A stretch of DNA of 64,000 nt from Lytechinus pictus. Taxonomy: Eukaryota. Below are positions 39,627-51,600 of this stretch, one piece after another; position 1 is the stretch's first letter, and the number at the start of each line of letters is the position of its first letter. Position numbers and translations under genes: made by a program. Where the stretch lies: the NCBI RefSeq assembly GCF_037042905.1, contig NC_087251.1, positions 43,464,001 to 43,528,000 on the forward strand, written 5' to 3'. Under the pieces are notes generated by a model. That model was not told the DNA's origin, did not search any database, and was given only the letters and a program-made list of their open reading frames with translations.

Positions 39627-42600
39627 TTGTGAAAGCAATGGGTGAAGAGAACAATGGTAGGCGTAGCTTAAATCAAGGTTCCCCAGAGCTATCTGCCCTT
39701 TTGGAAAAATTGGTAATGCCGAAAAAATGTCTCTGCCGGGAATCGAACCCGGGCCCCCAGCTTTGAACGCCGGTGCCTTAACCACTAGACCACAGAGTCG
39801 GGTTAGTGGCTAGGGCGACCCCGATCCAATTGACCGTCAGATAGACAGATCTCGACACTACACCAAGTATAATTTCCTTTGTCGGGTGTAGGTGGGTTTT
39901 GAGCAATGACAAGCCGCCATGCCTCAGCTGGATGAAAGCTATATTGCTTTGATACAATACGGAGAAAGTATACAAATGTGTGAAATTATACATGTACAAC
40001 AGCTTTTGGCAACTCTTTTATTTTAATATTTTGTGAAAGAAATGGGTGTATAGTTGATGCGAGCACGAAGCGCGAGCGGGAACTCTATTAATGGTTTGGA
40101 AATCATGTAATGGATGGGTAATTGGGTATCTTCCTAGTAGTAATTTTTTTTAATATTACGTGTTCAGTTCGGATACCGTTAATAATGATTTTTTTTTGCC
40201 TCCAATTAGAGGATTTATTCACACCATCGCAACATAACACATTATAAAAATGAACATAAATGAGATGACAGGACATTTTGAAAAAATTATATCGATACAA
40301 AAAAATTACATAGTTATGCAATCATCCAATAATCTTACATAAGTTATAACATATTGAAGACAAAGTGAAAACAAAAGATATGGATCGCAATGAATAAATG
40401 GTGCAAGCACGAGGCGCGAGCTGATTATTATTGGTGTTAGTGCAATCTAGGACCGGGATATCGTAAAGACATAATGTTACCATACTGTATATGAAAATTA
40501 TGACTATATTCGTTTTCCTCTTCGTAAGCTCGAGATGAAACTTGTCGATATTCCAATCTGAAAAATGGGACAATTTGATTATTAGGAATTCGTGAATATA
40601 TTATTATTATCTTAATTATTCATCTAATAAGCCTATTGAAATTTGTTGATATTAAGACCTGAAAACTGGACACTTTAAGCACTTTTATTACTATGAATAG
40701 GATGCATAGGTTAATATATTTTCAAAAATCGATGCGAGCGCAAATCTCGAGCCGAAATTTGTTATGGACAGGTTTTTTTTTGTTAGAATTAATTTAGAGA
40801 TATACATAACTCACCTGGATCCACCTATGGAAAAGGGAGTTTGCCATTTTCTTGTTTATTCATTGGCAGAAAGGAATTCTATGCCTATATGCTGAGATTC
40901 CTGCGTAAATATAGGGCCTACCCTAACGAAAGTTGCAATGATAGATGAAATCATTTCCCGCGCCCGGAAAGGTTGTGTGTCCGGACGATCAGTTTTAGAA
41001 AGTCATTTGGAAACATTTACAAGCGAAGTTTCATCAATTTTTAGTACAAAATGTTAGGAAATATTATAGAGAATAAAATAGAAGATGATTACAACTATTG
41101 AAAATTCATATGTTTAGTGTAATCCAAAGACAAAAAAAAGAAGGGTTAAAATATATCAAGTGTCCGGATACCCACCCACCCCCCATCCTACTAGAGATGT
41201 AAAAACTAAATTTTATATTGTGTTTGGTTAATTTGCTGATTTCTGTGTAACATGACAATTTTATTTTATTTTTTCACCTACGGAATTATTGGGGGGGGGG
41301 GCAAAACGATATGCTTGCCACCCCAATATTTTCATTGGTGGGGTGATCGCCCCCTTGCCCCCCCCCCCCGAATCAACGCCTCTGATATAGATGATAATAT
41401 GCAATACTTATATAGCACATAAATATACAATGTTTCTATAGGCACTGGATATATTACCCGGGCTACTCTGATAGGGCGCCCAAGCATTCAAGGAATTCCT
41501 TCCAGTATACCGGGTACCCATTAACCACACATGGGTGGAGAGTGGCAAATTTAGATAAAACGCCTTGTCATAAGGACGCGGGTGCTGCGGTGAGATCCGA
41601 ACCCCTGATCTTGTGATTCAAATTTCACACATTTATCATCCACTGAGTTGCAAATCTCTCTTATTGATAGTTTCAATTCAAAATCATACAGTGTATGGCT
41701 TCCATCAGTTTCATGGATTGGACTTTAGCATTGTTTAATAAATACGGAACAATTTTCTAAAATGAAACATTCATGATTGATATGACTACATCTTGAAGAA
41801 CAGTCAAGGATATTACAAAATGAAGTTTACAACCTGACAGGCCCATGGCAGTAATTCAAAGGTGATACTTTTCCTCTCTCGGTTCGCTCAAGTGAGTCCC
41901 CCTTCCCCCCTTTTTTTTATTTTTATTTTGCTTGTCAGATTTTTCCTAGAACAAAATGACTTCCCTTTTTAGTGAATAACTACTGTGTTTGCTTGTCAAA
42001 TTATTATTCCGGACATAAACCACTTTTTTTTTTTTTGGGGGGGGGAGCTTGTGTTATTTTAATTTGTACAAAAATGCCCCAACCCTTGGAATATCCTGGT
42101 TTCGCCCCTGATATAAGGAATAAATATAATGAAACAAATGGACTTGGTAGGCGGAGCGACTGGGCAGTTCGCTGACATGAATAATACATTTAGTTTTTCG
42201 TGTTACGGCAGGTGATGATAACGGAAAATGGAGAGGTTAACTTTACGACAGCTTTACAGGAAGAGATCTTAAGACCAGAAGATGACCATCCAGACGTTGT
42301 TCCACCATTCAATGCTTATTCTGCGCAAGGAGAGCCTGAGGTAAGAATAATTGTGTACCAAATTGGTGACCTTGTGGGACACTTTAAAATCTTACTACAG
42401 GATTGTTCAGGTTCTTGACCGTTAAGAAGCGTAGATAGGATATCAGCGCCCGGGTCAAATGTGAATTCTCGCCTATTTAATTTTCAGGACAAAGCTTGTT
42501 AAAGAAATTGCACCTGCTAGGGGGGTGTTGCAAGAAAATATTTGCAATCAATTGCAAATATTCTGTTTTAAGTTTACAATTGATATATCAATTTCAACTG

Positions 42601-45600
42601 TAGCAAATCCGATTACACTGCTTGTTTCACGAAGCAGATAAGAAATCAATTGCAAATCCACAATTAATTTTAAAACCAATGATTCATTTCGAGACCGAAA
42701 ATATACTTGCAATTGATCGCAAGTTTCTTGCAATTCCCCATTACACATCTTATGCCCGGGTGAGCGTTTCATTCCCAGTTTGTGGGCTTGTGACGTCACA
42801 TTAAAATGCCAAGAGACCCCCTTATTTCACTTTATCTTTCTTTTATCTTTGCCACTTTGGACCCCTGAAGGTGGTACCCAAGGCACGAACCCCCCCCCCC
42901 CCCCACCTTGTCTGCATCATAGAGCTGATGTTCTTTATTATACATTATGTTACGTGTCACATTCAAGACGAGAAAAAAACCAACTTAATATTGTGTCATT
43001 TAAGATTAATATGATTTAAAATGATCCACTGGTTGTTAATAAGATCAATATTTAATATATTTTGCATTCAGAGGAACCAAAAGCCCCTTTTCTCCTTGCC
43101 CACCGGCAATCCCGCCCCCCGTTACGTCGCTCTTTTTCCACTTATAAATTGAATACATTACAAGATTTAGGTGAACAAAGCTTTAAAAAAAATCAAGAAA
43201 AAGGATGATAAAGATGGTGCATTTATGCTCCTGATAACAACACAAACCATTGTGTACATGTAAAGGTACTGATTATTTTAATCTGTTCCTCTTTTCAGGG
43301 TCCTTTGGTTTATGTGAACTATGGACGAGCAGAAGACTTTGATTGGCTGGCAAAGAATAAACCTGAAATCAACATTACTGGATGCATAGCTATTGCAAGA
43401 TACGGAAAAGTATTTCGAGGAAATAAGGTAAATTCATGAACTATTTCATATCCCCTTGTTTACTATACTATAACAAGAATTTTTTTTAAATGTAATGGCG
43501 ACTGCGAAACAAGGAAGGTACATAATTAATGAGTGAAGAAATCGGTCATAACATTGCTCCTAAGTAGGTCTGGTCTCTCTTGTTAAAGAAATTAAATACC
43601 ATATTCAACCATATCTGCATCACTTAGTTTTTTTTCCACACTTGTCACGCATTAATTATTCCTTATTTCCTTTGATTTGATATGTAATACAATTATGGGA
43701 TAGCTTGAACCGAGATCATTAAAGAGTACTCCGGTGGTCTAGTGGTATATGACACTGATCTGGTAATCCAGAGGTCGTGGGTTCGAATCCCGACCGGTCT
43801 GCCTATACAGTGCGTATCAAAAAAAAACGGGACAGATTTGAAAAGTCTATAAAATTTTAGTTTCAAATTATTATGTCTATATTTTGGTGTTAATAGGTGC
43901 TCTAAGGTCTTGTCTTTCAAATGCTATTAAAAAAAAAAAAAATTTAGTTTTGTTCATGCTTGAGCGAACACGGGACGTTTTTGTTGGGGGTTCAAAAAAA
44001 GGCTTGCGCCAGAATTGCAGAATATGAGTAATATGATGATCGGACTTCTTGCTAATTAGCAGACTTCCTCTTAACCTTTTCATTATCTTTGCCATCATTT
44101 TCAAATCATGCGGTCAAAATTCATTTTCAGATCTATTTATTTGCTTGAATTATTCTGTTATTTCTTTTTGATATGCTCTCTGTTAGCTTTGAATATTCCT
44201 TCTTCAAGCTAAAATTATTTTTTTTCAACCGAATTATGGGAGAGCATGGATTTTTTATTCAAATCATTTAATTATGTGCTTCAAAGGTTATGGTGCCTTT
44301 TGAACAAAGCCACACAGATGGGCGGGCGCTCGGGTTGCCCCCCCCCCCCCCCTCAATTAAAAAAATCATGACCAAGAAAAAAAGTGGACAGCAAATAAAA
44401 GGAAAGATAGAAAGTAAAATATGATATTATTTTCTGAATATTATGTCAAAATCTATCACAAAATTTGATATTGTAATTAAAAATGGGGTAATAGTCCGGT
44501 CTGTTAGCGTCAAAAACACCCTACTTGTGGACACGGTGGACAAAAGCATGATTTTTTCTCCAGACCTTTGTTTATGTATAAGAATTAAAAATGGGGTATG
44601 CTCCAAAAAATCTGGCTGCAGGAACAGTGAAAAAATGGGTGAAAATGTCAGAATTTATGAGTTTAGATTGGTCTGATATATAGACTAGCGCTAGTGCAAA
44701 ACTCAATAGCAGTGCATTAATTTGCATTGGTTTAGTTCTTGAATTCAGACCCTTTTTGAACAGATGTTCTGATTGTCCTCACATCTCAATGCACTAAATA
44801 TCTGAATGCAGATGCTTAACAAGCCGAAGGGTGGCGGTGGAGGGGGTTGAATGTTGGTGTGTATGTACATATTTTGGTCTTGGAGTAAAGATGTGCAAGA
44901 CACATTTTTTGCATGTGTTGCCATGGTAACAGTGTATTATGGCAAAAATAAGGTAAAAATCTTGCAGTTAGAACTACTTCCTCTGTTTTCATCCGATTCT
45001 CATGAAATTTGGCACACACATTGGTCTTGAGATGAAGATGTCGAAGACACATTTTTGTGTGTCTTTCAGAAATTTTGTTGCCATGGTAACAACATATCAT
45101 ATGGTGAAAATTGGGAAAAAAAACTTACAATTCAAACTGCTTCATCAGTTTTCTATCAGTTCACATGAAATTCGGCACACACATTGGTATTGAAGAAAAG
45201 ATGTACAAGGCACTTTTTGTGTGTGTTTCAGAAATTGTGTTGCCATGGTAACAACATATTATGTGGCAAAATCTGGGTAAAAACCTTGCAATTTGAACTA
45301 CTTCATCAGTTTCAAACCAATTCTCATGAAATATGGCTAACATATTTGCCTTGAGGTAAAGATGTGCAAGAACCTTTTTTTGCATTTGTCAGAGAGTGCA
45401 TTGCCTTGGTAACCACATATAGCCAGAAATGCCGGGAAAACTCAATGTGGATCAATCTACTTCTCAGTTTTCAGCCTGTGCTCATAAAAGTTGACACAAA
45501 TATTCATTTTGGGTAAAGATTCATATTCAGTGTTAAAGGGGAATCCAGCCTTGGTCATAAATGTTGTGTGGAAAAGGAGAAAAATAAGAATGGTGAAAGA

Positions 45601-48600
45601 AATCGGACAAGCAAAATAAAGTTATGGCTGCTTTAAAATTAAGATCCCTAAGGCTACTAGTATGTAGATTTCAAATTGGCAACTGGGTTAGTAAATTATG
45701 ACAAGGGGCGAGGCCGCAAGGACAACTTTCCCATTGGCCTTATTGTACTTAATTATCAGGATTTTTGGTTTTCTCCTAAATCCCTATTCCATTGGGGCCG
45801 TAAAATAAACCCGGTAGTATAATGTTTTATGTCCTCATGAAAGAAAGATATAATTTGAAGTAAAACTTTTGAAAAAGACATTTTAGTCAATTAATTATTC
45901 CAGTACATGGAAGGGTGGTCCTTGCCTTACATCACTATGACATCACATAAGCGGCCAATTTGAAGTCTTCATGGGTATATAGTGATTACCAATGTTTACA
46001 ACTTTTATATATTCACAACTTTCTTATGGTTTGTCCGATATTGTTCACACTTTGACCAATAAACTTGTCTGATTTTTTCTTTTCCTCTAAAAACAAGTGT
46101 TTATTTTGGGTTGGATTCTCCTTTTACGTCATATAATAGCGCAGGGTATTAATCACCTTCAATAATATTTATAGGTTCTTTTTTTTGGGGGGGGGGCGGA
46201 GGAGGTCCTTAAAAACTGACATCATAAAAATATAGAAGGTTAAAGGCCATGACCATTAGGAACTTAAACACTCTTAAAGAAAGCACCCCTTCCATTTTTT
46301 TTTTTTTGGGGGGGGGGGCTTTAGAAAATTGCCACATAAAGAGTAAAAAGAAATTATTACAATTAGGAACTTAAACCCCCCCCCCCAAAAAAAAAGGGGG
46401 GAAGAAAAATCCTTTACACTTCAGCATATTAATTTAAAGCCTAAAACATTCTGCTTTGATAAAAGATTATTTCCGGTGCCCAATCAATCAATGTTTTATT
46501 TATCTTCTTCTACTCAGTGTATGTTCATTTCAGTTCCTACTCTGACTTTCTTACATCACTTTTTTGCACTTTTGAGCTTTACCATATCTTCTTGTTTTGT
46601 TTCCTCTCCCCCCCCCCTCTTTGTCTCCCTCTCTAAGTACATTTTTCTTTGCTATTTTAATTCATTATTATCTAGAAACAATTATTCCATTTTGAAAGCT
46701 TACACCTACACCGAAATATAATACCATGACATTTATATTTTTTCTTCATAATCTTTTAAACTCCATTTTGGCTACACTCTGTACGTCCTGAATAATACTA
46801 TTAGCAATATCTAATGTCTACTTTATTGAAGAAATGACTGTCATGATATTATATTCTGGTAAAGGTGCATCAAATTCTTATTAAAAAGGTTGCAGCATTC
46901 AGAATGGAATAACTGTTGCTTGACAAAAATGGATTTAGTTGTTTTCCGAAAATCCTCTGTGTAACTTTTAGTTTTATCACTAAGTTTCCCCATTCCTGCA
47001 GTTACCACCATCTGAAAGGGATATGACTAGAATATAATTATATGTAGAGAAATAAAAGTCATCATTTGCTCAATGAACAGTGAATAAGTTTGTCTTTACT
47101 CCAATGGAAAATTATTTGCATTTTTTATGACAGTCAGAGTTAGCATCCAACAATTTTGCTACTGAAACATAATATTCATTTTTTGACAATGGGAGATGTA
47201 GGATGTATAAAGCAGGGACTGTCACAGAAATATACTGAAAAAATTAAATGAAAGAAAATAGAAGGCTAAAATTTATTGTGCACATATGTATATTTTTGAT
47301 ATGGTATGTTATTGAGTCATGGATTTGCAAGTGAATTTCTAAAACAAATGCAGAGATTTTTGTATATATAATTCTATAATTAGTTGCATGATTAAGGGTA
47401 CACTTTATAATATGTCAGAAAAAATATACTTGGAGAGAGAGAGTAAAAAAAGGAGAGAGGAAACAGAAGATGGTATGGTGAAGCTCAAAATCAAGAGTGA
47501 TGTGATAAAGTTAAAAAGAAAGAGTAGGAACGGAATATGAATAAAAGACTGAGTAGGAGAATATAAATAAACAATGATTAATTGGGTACCGTAAACAATT
47601 TTTTATCAAAGCAGAAGGCATTAAACTTCAAATGCATGGTCTGAACTCTGAAGTGCAAAGGACTTACCTTTTAGGGGGGCATTTTTCTGCTAAAAAAATA
47701 TATCAGCCCCCTATTTTTTCGGGGGGGGGGTTAAGTTCCTAGTCATAATCCTTTAACTTTTACTTTTATGAGGTCATTTTCTAAAGACCCCCCCCCCCCA
47801 AAAAAAGGGAGTAATGTCTCGCTTTAAAAATGCAAAGACCCCTGAGGGGCAAAGGCGTAGACTGGTTTGAGCATGGGGAGGTAGAACTAACAGTGGTATG
47901 GGGAGGGGTGCACATCTTGGGGAGGTAGAACTAAGGTTTGGAAATCAGCTGTTGAAAGTAGAAAAAGTACACATTTCGTTTTGCTTGCCAGTGTTGGAAC
48001 TCCTCTGCCACAGCGGAAGGTTTCACATTCACCCAGTGTACCCCCAGCCTATGCCCTTGAGGGATGCTTATTTTAAGAGTGTTTATCATGTTTATGTTCC
48101 TAATGGCCACCGCCTTTAAACTTCTTTATTTTGATGTCAGATTTTAAGGACCAATCCCGCCCCTCCCCCAAAACCTAGAAATATTAATGAAAGTAATTAA
48201 TACCCCCACACTCTGGCGTGAAAATTTTAATGCAGTTTAGAATTTAATATGAATCTTTACCCCAAGATGAATATTTCTTCCAACTTTTATGAGCACTGAC
48301 TAAAAACAGGGGAAGTAGTTTGATCCACAATGAGTTTTTCTGCATTTCTGGCTATCATATGTGGTTACCATGGCAATTTACTCTCTGACAAATCGGGGGG
48401 GGGGCACTTCCATTGACGAGTGGATACCATGCGCGACCATGGGGTCTCGAAAAGCACCCTAAACACGTATTTTCCATATTCTGAAAATGCACCCTTAACA
48501 AGTATTGGCGTCTGAAACCCTACCCTTGAAAAGTATTGGAAACAAAACGATATACTCTTGGCAAGTATTCCCTGAAATGAACCCCTAAACAAGTACATAT

Positions 48601-51600
48601 ATTTTATTGTCATGTCACGGGTCCGTCGATCGTCGGATTTACCTTTACACACCATTTGGTTTTAGTACGGCCCCAGCTTTCACACCTCGCGCAAATCGGA
48701 CCCTAAACATGTAGTGTTGGGGCAAAAAGGACATCCTTTATAAAACATTTAATTTTGTTTTATCATCCCCGCAAATTTGACCCTAAACACGGAGCTTTCC
48801 TTGCGAAATAGATACCCTTTTTTCATTATTTTTGTGTTTTTGACACCCTTATCACGTTACGTACGTAACGTGCCCTATCTTGAAAAAGATCCCTTTTACG
48901 TGTTTTTTGGTCGCGCATGGTATCCACTCTTCAATGTAAGTGGCCCCCCGGGTGACAAATGCACACGAAAACAATGGTTCTTGCACATCTTTACCTCAAG
49001 GCAAATATGTTAGCCAAATTTCATGAGAATTGGTTCAAAATTGATGAAGTAGTTCAAATTGCAAAGTTTTTACCCAGATTTTGCCACATAATATGTTGTT
49101 ACCATGGCAACACAATTTCTGAAACACACACAAAAAGTGCCTTGTACATCTTTTCTTCAATACCAATGTGTGTGCCGAATTTCATGTGAACTGATAGAAA
49201 ACTGATGAAGCAGTTTGAATTGTAAGTTTTTTTCCCAATTTTCACCATATGATATGTTGTTACCATGGCAACAAAATTTCTCAAAGACACACAAAAATGT
49301 GTCTTCGACATCTTCATCTCAAGACCAATGTGTGTGCCAAATTTCATGAGAATCGGATGAAAACAGAGGAAGTAGTTCTAACTGCAAGATTTTTACCTTA
49401 TATTTTTGCCATAATACACTGTTACCATGGCAACACAATTTCCAACACATGCAAAAAATGTGTCTTGCACATCTTTACCCCAAGACCAAAATATGTACAT
49501 ACACACCAACATTCAATCCCCTCCACCGCCACCCTTCGGCTTGTTAAGCATCTGCATTCAGATATTTAGTGCATTGAGATGTGAGGACAAACAGAACATC
49601 TGTTCAAAAAGGGTCTGAATTCAAGAACTAAACCAATGCAAATTAATGCACTGCTATTGAGTTTTGCACTAGCGCTAGTCTATATATCAGACCAATCTAA
49701 ACTCATAAATTCTGACATTTTCACCCATTTTTTCACTGTTCCTGCAGCCAGATTTTTTGGAGCATACCCCATTTTTAATTCTTATACATAAACAAAGGTC
49801 TGGAGAAAAAATCATGCTTTTGTCCACCGTGTCCACATAATTTCGCTAACAGACCAGACTATAATATTTGCGTGCTCACTTCGCTCGCTCACAACTTTTT
49901 AATACATTTTACCCGATCTGCCATATCTAGCTCCTTCAAAATTGACTCAATACACCATTGTCATTGAAAGACATGAATCCCTTCCTGTGTCTCCTGTCAA
50001 GCAATTAAACTTGGTCAAGGAATCAATGACCCATTGAAAAATAGATTCATGTCTTTTAAAGGTACATAACATAATTTGTTTCATATAATAAAACGATTTG
50101 AATAATCACAAGTTTTCCCAATTAATAATTCAAATCTTCTTGCTTGGGTTGACAAAAAAAATTCTTCTTTTCTCAGTTACTTATGAAGGAAAATTAAAAG
50201 GTAAGAGAAGTTTAAATGAAAAAACAAAACAATTCAATTAAATAAATAACTTTGTAAATGAAATTTGACAGCATAATTCGAAAATTGTGGCACAGATAAT
50301 GAAAAGGTCAAGAGGAAGTCTCCTGATTAGCAAGAAGTCTTATCATTGTATTACACATATTCTGCAATTCTGGCGCAGGCCTCTTTTTGAACCCCCAACA
50401 AAAACGTCCCGTGTTTGCTCAAGCATGAATAAAATTTATTTTTTTAAATTGCATTTCAAAGATAAGACCTTAGAGCATCTATTAACACCAAAATATAGAC
50501 ATCATTATTTGAAACAAAAATTTTATAGACTTTTCAAATCTGTCCCGTTTTTTTTTAATACGCACTGTATAGGCAGACTTCACACAGCAGTTGCTGTGTT
50601 ACCCTCGTGGTTTTGTTGGAGAAAAATGAATATTATATTACCTGTCTTTATCACCCAACGAATTAGTTTTTCTTTTGACTAGTCACTCACATTTATGCAC
50701 TTATACTTTAGAATAAATAAAACTGTTATGATCAGAAATTAGCACCATACTAAATATTGATACATTGGATTACCTAATGAGACATTGTGCAATAAAATTG
50801 ATTTAAAATCATGACTTCCATAACTTCTAGGTTCTTTCGGCACAAGCCGCGGGTGCTATCGGAATAATTATTTATTCGGATCCTGCCGACTACGCCATTG
50901 ATGATAATGTAGCAGTATATCCGGACGGATGGTGGTTACCCGATACCGGTGCTCAAAGGGGAAATACTTTCGTCAGTGATGCTAAAGGGGATCCGATAAC
51001 ACCCGGTTACCCGGCTAAACGTAAGTATGCATATATATATTTAATCGTTACGAGAGAAAGGTGGAAGGTTGGTGAGAAATAAATGATGAAAACAAGAAGG
51101 AAGAATTTGACAGTGGATGATACAGAGAGAGGGAGAGAGAGAGAGAGGCAGAAAGAGAGAGGGAAGGTGAAAGAAGTGGGGGGTAATAGCGAAGGTAATA
51201 ATTATAGAAAGAAATCATTCTAGCTATCTATTCAGACAATTTAGAAGTTTAAACCAATATGTTCATCTCTTTACAAATCTCCAAGCTTATGCGTACCGGT
51301 TAGATGATTCGGATACAGCGCTCCCCAAGATTACGGTTCATCCGATTGGTTATGGAGATGCACGACATCTTTTAAGGTATCGTGTATATGTTTCAGGTGC
51401 ATATTATCAGTCACAGACAATATCAGATTTTGTTTAGAGTTCTAGCATAGAAAATTTTCATCAATTACTTTGAGTTTTTGATGGAAAAAGTGATTGTAAA
51501 TTAGTTGATTTTTTAGAACCTTTAAATCTATCCAACTGGACTTTGTATTTATAACACTCCGAAATAATCTCTGCAATAAAGATTTTTGTGTTTCAGCCTT

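Larger units (their letters stand above)
39488..41384. mobile_element. Non-autonomous hAT-like element in intron 2 with an internal insertion
   Basis: CAGGGGCGTCAATCC...GAATCAACGCCTCTG; 8-bp TSD ATATAAAT/ATATAGAT. Confidence 0.65.
44492..49861. mobile_element. Long foldback non-autonomous DNA transposon (Academ-like termini)
   Basis: TAA|TAGTCCGGTCTGTTAGCG...CGCTAACAGACCAGACTA|TAA; arms about 1.5 kb with about 160-bp internal subrepeats (TTGCCATGGTAAC). The superfamily call is inferred from TAG..CTA ends, 3-bp TSD and long TIRs. Confidence 0.8.
43808..50567. mobile_element. Tc1/mariner-like non-autonomous element; outer shell of the nested complex
   Basis: TA|CAGTGCGTAT...ATACGCACTG|TA; imperfect TIRs longer than 300 bp. 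Confidence 0.85.

Noticed and set aside
39728..39799. tRNA-Sec gene
   Set aside because: It lacks the long variable arm and extended acceptor stem of tRNA-Sec
44816..49618. Mirror-image ORFs (MICCYHGN..., MKFGTHIG...) on both strands
   Set aside because: They arise from the 160-bp subrepeats of the inverted arms; no transposase or other domain motifs
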